A stretch of DNA of 64,000 nucleotides, taken from contig OZ242260.1 of assembly GCA_965207065.1 (NCBI GenBank), positions 3,552,001 to 3,616,000 of the forward strand, in the 5' to 3' direction. The DNA comes from a bacterium. GTDB lineage: Bacteria; UBA8248. The notes under the pieces were generated by a model. That model saw only the letters and a program-made list of their open reading frames with translations, did not search any database and was not told the DNA's origin. Position numbers and translations under genes: made by a program. This document shows, in pieces, positions 60,555-64,000 of this stretch (positions within the stretch are counted from its first letter, which is position 1; each line of letters begins with the position of its first letter).

Positions 60555-61787
60555 TTATGGACGCTGCAAGTAGGACTCCTTGCCATCCTTCCTCTTTTTT
60601 TGCAAAGACGGCAAGGGCGGCTCCATGTCCAACGCCACCCTGTCCTCAAGTTCGAGTCCATAGCCTTCGAGCGCCACAATCCGGCGCTCATCATTCGTCA
60701 TGATCCGAATCCGGCGCAAACCCAAATCCACCAGTATCTGGGCGCCTATGCCGTAGTCACGCAAGCCTTCGAACGGCGCGCTCTTGATTCCGATTTTCTG
60801 ACCCACCTCACGCATGTCGGCAGCCACCTTTTCTATTCTCGCGGACTCCTCTCCCATTAAATCGGGTTGCAGGAAAACCAACACCCCTTTGCCCGCTTCC
60901 TGAATTTTGGCCAGCGCGTTCTTGATTCTGACCGGACAATCAGAGCGTAAGAGCGCCAGCAAATCCCAAATGGCGTTCACCGGCTGCACTCGGATGTGAG
61001 TCGGCTCATCTGGATTTAACTCACCCATCACCAAAGCGGCGTGAATCCTTCCGCTGCTCTGGTTGTGGTACGCATATACTTTGAATGTGCCGAACGCCGT
61101 GGGTATTTCGGCCTCCTCCACACGCTCCACAAGGCGATCATGACGCATACGATAGGCGATGAGATCCTTTATGGTCACAAGGGACAAATTATTTTTTTCC
61201 GCTATTTTCCGCAGGTTCGGCAGACGCGCCATCGAACCGTCTTCATTCAAGACCTCGCAAAGAACACCCGCTGGCAGGAGGCCGGCCAGACGGGCCAAAT
61301 CCACCGTGCCCTCCGTGTGGCCCGCTCGCCTGAGTACGCCCCCGGGCTGCGCCCGCAGCGGAAAAACGTGGCCGGGCGTCACCAGGTCCGACGGCCTGGC
61401 GTCTTCCTGTATAGCGGTTTGTATCGTGTGGGCCCTATCGAAAGCGCTGATGCCTGTCGTAACGCCTTCGCGCGCTTCTATGGAAACCGTAAAAGCCGTG
61501 CCGAAAGCGGAGCCGTTATCGCCGCTGGGCACCATCATGGGAAGACCCAGAGATTCCACTTTCTCGGGCGTGAGCGCGAGACAAACCAAACCGCGCGCGT
61601 GTTTCGTCATGAAGTTGATTGCCTCGGGCGTCACCCTCTCGGCTGCAAGGATAAAATCGCCCTCATTCTCGCGATCCTCGTCATCCACGAGAATGACGAT
61701 GCGCCCCTCACGAATATCGCCAATCGCCTCTTCAATCGTGGAGAAAGGGCTCTCTCCGGAATCCTTTCCCTCCATCGGCTCAGGCAT
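60555..61787 (-). CDS. ribB: DHBP synthase fused to a degenerate GTP cyclohydrolase II domain (RibBX-like)
   Basis: [29 protein letters not shown] are intact. The C-domain keeps [13 protein letters not shown] but lacks the HSEC...CDC and EGRG motifs. Confidence 0.9.
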   Translation of the reverse strand: MPEPMEGKDSGESPFSTIEEAIGDIREGRIVILVDDEDRENEGDFILAAERVTPEAINFMTKHARGLVCLALTPEKVESLGLPMMVPSGDNGSAFGTAFTVSIEAREGVTTGISAFDRAHTIQTAIQEDARPSDLVTPGHVFPLRAQPGGVLRRAGHTEGTVDLARLAGLLPAGVLCEVLNEDGSMARLPNLRKIAEKNNLSLVTIKDLIAYRMRHDRLVERVEEAEIPTAFGTFKVYAYHNQSSGRIHAALVMGELNPDEPTHIRVQPVNAIWDLLALLRSDCPVRIKNALAKIQEAGKGVLVFLQPDLMGEESARIEKVAADMREVGQKIGIKSAPFEGLRDYGIGAQILVDLGLRRIRIMTNDERRIVALEGYGLELEDRVALDMEPPLPSLQKKRKDGKESYLQRP

Positions 61788-62430
61788 AGCCTTGCTCCCT
61801 TAGTTTCTCCATCGTGACGCCGCCTTGTATCCTCGATTCCGCGTGGGGAGTGAGCAACTTTTCCACGTATTTTCCGATCAAATCCGCCTCCAAGTTTACG
61901 ACAGCGCCGTCTATCTTCTCCGTAAGAGTCGTCTGTTCGCTCGTATGCGGGATGATGGAAACCGAAAAAGTTTCGTCGTCGCACGCCGCTACCGTCAAGC
62001 TGATTCCATCGACCGCAATAGAACCTTTATAAACGACATAGCGCATCACCTCCACCGGCGCCTCGAATGTGAGCCAAATCGAGTCACCTTCAGATTTTCT
62101 GCCCAAGATCCTGCCCACGCCATCCACATGGCCGCTCACGAGGTGCCCGCCCAAGCGTTCTCCCAGCGCCATGGCGCGCTCAAGATTGCAGCGGTCGCCG
62201 ACGGCCAGTTCCCCTAAATTCGTGCGCCTGAGCGTCTCGACGGATAAATCGGCCTCGAATTTTCTTTCGTCAAAATCAACCACCGTGATACAAACGCCAT
62301 TGAGGGCGATGGAATCTCCAAGCTGCACGCCATCCAATACACCTGGCGCCTCGATAGCGATTCGCGCGCCTTTGGCATCTTTATTCAGTGTACGAATTGA
62401 ACCCACTGTTTCTATAATTCCGCTGAACAC
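61780..62430 (-). CDS. ribE: Riboflavin synthase alpha chain
   Basis: MFSGII, GDSIALNGVC, NLERA, GGHLVSGHVD, KGSIAVDGISLT. Confidence 0.97.
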   Translation of the reverse strand: MFSGIIETVGSIRTLNKDAKGARIAIEAPGVLDGVQLGDSIALNGVCITVVDFDERKFEADLSVETLRRTNLGELAVGDRCNLERAMALGERLGGHLVSGHVDGVGRILGRKSEGDSIWLTFEAPVEVMRYVVYKGSIAVDGISLTVAACDDETFSVSIIPHTSEQTTLTEKIDGAVVNLEADLIGKYVEKLLTPHAESRIQGGVTMEKLREQGYA

Positions 62431-62434
62431 CTTT

Positions 62435-63580
62435 TCAATCCTCAATATCTTGCCAGATCGGTTTATTGAAATATCCTTGAATCAACAAATCATCGCCAAC
62501 AACTTCATGTGTTACATTAAATAGCCTCGGTAAAGATTGCAATTCCTTTTCATCAAGGCCTGTGACCGCGCCCGGCGCTTCGTGATCTCCAATCACCAGG
62601 GGAGCCAGGAAATAAAGGAGCCGATCCGCCAAACCTTCCCTGATGAAGGAACCGTGAACCCGCCCCCCGCCTTCCACGAGAATATGACGAATGCCGCGGC
62701 TTCCCAATTCCTCCACCAAAGGAGCCAGCGAAACCCGGTCCTGCGGGTTTGTTTCTACGCGGATGATTTCCGCGCCCGCTTCGCGCAATGCCTCTTCCTT
62801 GTCAAGTGGAGCGGCGGCCGTGGTCGCAATGAGAGTGGAACTCCCCTTCCGAGGCGCCAGAACCCTGGCGTGAGCGGGCGTCCTGAGCCTTGAATCCAGT
62901 ACAACCCTCAGCAACGGCTTGTCCTCAACTCCATCGGGCCGGGCCGTGAGCAAGGGATCGTCTTCCAGCACCGTCTCCACACCCGCCAGGATAGCGTCTA
63001 CTCTATTCCTCAAATGATGACCCGCGTTTCGCGCCGCCTCGCCCGTTATCCACCTGCTCTGCCCGCTTCGGGTAGCAATTTTTCCGTCCAGGCTCGCGGC
63101 GGCCTTGAGGGTAAGAAAAGGCCGGCCACATCGCCACCAGTGAAAATAGGTTTCATTCTGGCGCACCGCCTCAGCGGCCATTGTCCCGACTTCCACCCGG
63201 ACGCCTTGCGCACGTAAGTGTTCGAATCCTTTGCCGGAAACTTGCGGATTCGGGTCCGAGACGGCGGCGACGACGTGAGAAACACCCGCGGCCGCCACGA
63301 AAGGCGCACAAGGGGGGGTTCTGCCCTGGTGAGAACACGGTTCCAGTGTGACAATCAAGACGCCGCCTCGCGAACACTCTCCCGCTTCCTGAAGAGCCAG
63401 AACTTCCGCGTGCGGCTCCCCCGCCTTTTTATGCCAGCCCCGGCCCACTATCTCTCCGCGAGCATCGAGAACGACAGCGCCGACGAGCGGGTTGGGGCTC
63501 GTCCGCCCCTCCGCGTGCGCCGCGAGAGAGAGGGCTTCGGCCATCAATTCGTTTTTTCGCTCTTCGGAAAGTCGCACCAT
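62435..63580 (-). CDS. ribD: Riboflavin deaminase/reductase
   Basis: PNPLVGAV, HAE, TLEPCSHQGRTPPC, SLDGK, VEGG. Confidence 0.97.
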   Translation of the reverse strand: MVRLSEERKNELMAEALSLAAHAEGRTSPNPLVGAVVLDARGEIVGRGWHKKAGEPHAEVLALQEAGECSRGGVLIVTLEPCSHQGRTPPCAPFVAAAGVSHVVAAVSDPNPQVSGKGFEHLRAQGVRVEVGTMAAEAVRQNETYFHWWRCGRPFLTLKAAASLDGKIATRSGQSRWITGEAARNAGHHLRNRVDAILAGVETVLEDDPLLTARPDGVEDKPLLRVVLDSRLRTPAHARVLAPRKGSSTLIATTAAAPLDKEEALREAGAEIIRVETNPQDRVSLAPLVEELGSRGIRHILVEGGGRVHGSFIREGLADRLLYFLAPLVIGDHEAPGAVTGLDEKELQSLPRLFNVTHEVVGDDLLIQGYFNKPIWQDIED

Positions 63581-63596
63581 CAACGAGAAATTCCGC

Positions 63597-64000
63597 TCAA
63601 TGGATTTCGACCGTCTGGTATGAACCGTGTGTGATAGCGGCCTGGGCGGCGGCGAGCCTCGCAATCGGCGCCCGATAAGGCGCGCAGGAGACGTAATCCA
63701 TTTTCACCATGTGACAAAATTCAACCGACGTCGGCTCCCCGCCATGCTCCCCGCAAATGCCCACTTCGAGGTTCTCCCGTCTCGCACGGCCGCGTTCGAT
63801 GCCGATTTGAACCATCTCGCCCACACCCTCGCGATCGACGGCCACGAAGGGATCCCTGGGAATCAATTCCTTTTCGATGTATTTGGGCAGGAACCAGCCT
63901 GCGTCGTCGCGGCTCAAACCATAGGTCAACTGCGTGAGATCGTTCGTGCCGAAGCTGAAGAACTCCGCGCTGTCGGCAATCTCTCCCGCCAGGAGGCAAG
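63597..64000 (-). CDS. ppdK: Pyruvate phosphate dikinase, C-terminal part (truncated by the window edge)
   Basis: [46 protein letters not shown]. Confidence 0.95.
   Translation of the reverse strand, partial: CLLAGEIADSAEFFSFGTNDLTQLTYGLSRDDAGWFLPKYIEKELIPRDPFVAVDREGVGEMVQIGIERGRARRENLEVGICGEHGGEPTSVEFCHMVKMDYVSCAPYRAPIARLAAAQAAITHGSYQTVEIH

Overview
Bacterial chromosomal window with no phage, transposase, CRISPR array or rRNA. The gene order resembles Deltaproteobacteria/Nitrospinota-like diderm genomes; this is inferred from synteny only. Positions ~0.1-12.2 kb form a visibly more GC-rich accessory/metabolic block: alpha/beta hydrolase, CBS-DUF294 nucleotidyltransferase-like protein, tandem YciI, REP/REPIN-like palindromes, an atypical M24 hydrolase, a mycothiol-type Zn dehydrogenase, a FAD/Fe-S oxidoreductase, bioB and a frameshifted rtcB. 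Positions ~12.3-64 kb are an almost entirely minus-strand housekeeping/envelope backbone: EF-G paralog, der, amidase, ahcY, metK, regulatory PTS, rpoN, lptBAC, tsaE, nnr, pdxJ, ftsH, tilS, tRNA-Met, proS, ispG, rseP, lolA, purNM, mutS, lapA, ybeY, HD-hydrolase, phoH, xerD, murJ, rpsT, holA, lptE, nusB, rib operon and partial ppdK. The standout is a DUF4390-like / NtrY-like kinase / NtrX-like operon. Its response regulator has an intact receiver, a degenerate AAA+ domain and an HTH, and is fused in frame to a catalytically complete LpxC, the committed enzyme of lipid A synthesis. A near-identical 23-bp motif lies upstream of both this operon and the neighbouring lapA. All product calls come from motif recognition by eye; no database searches were run.
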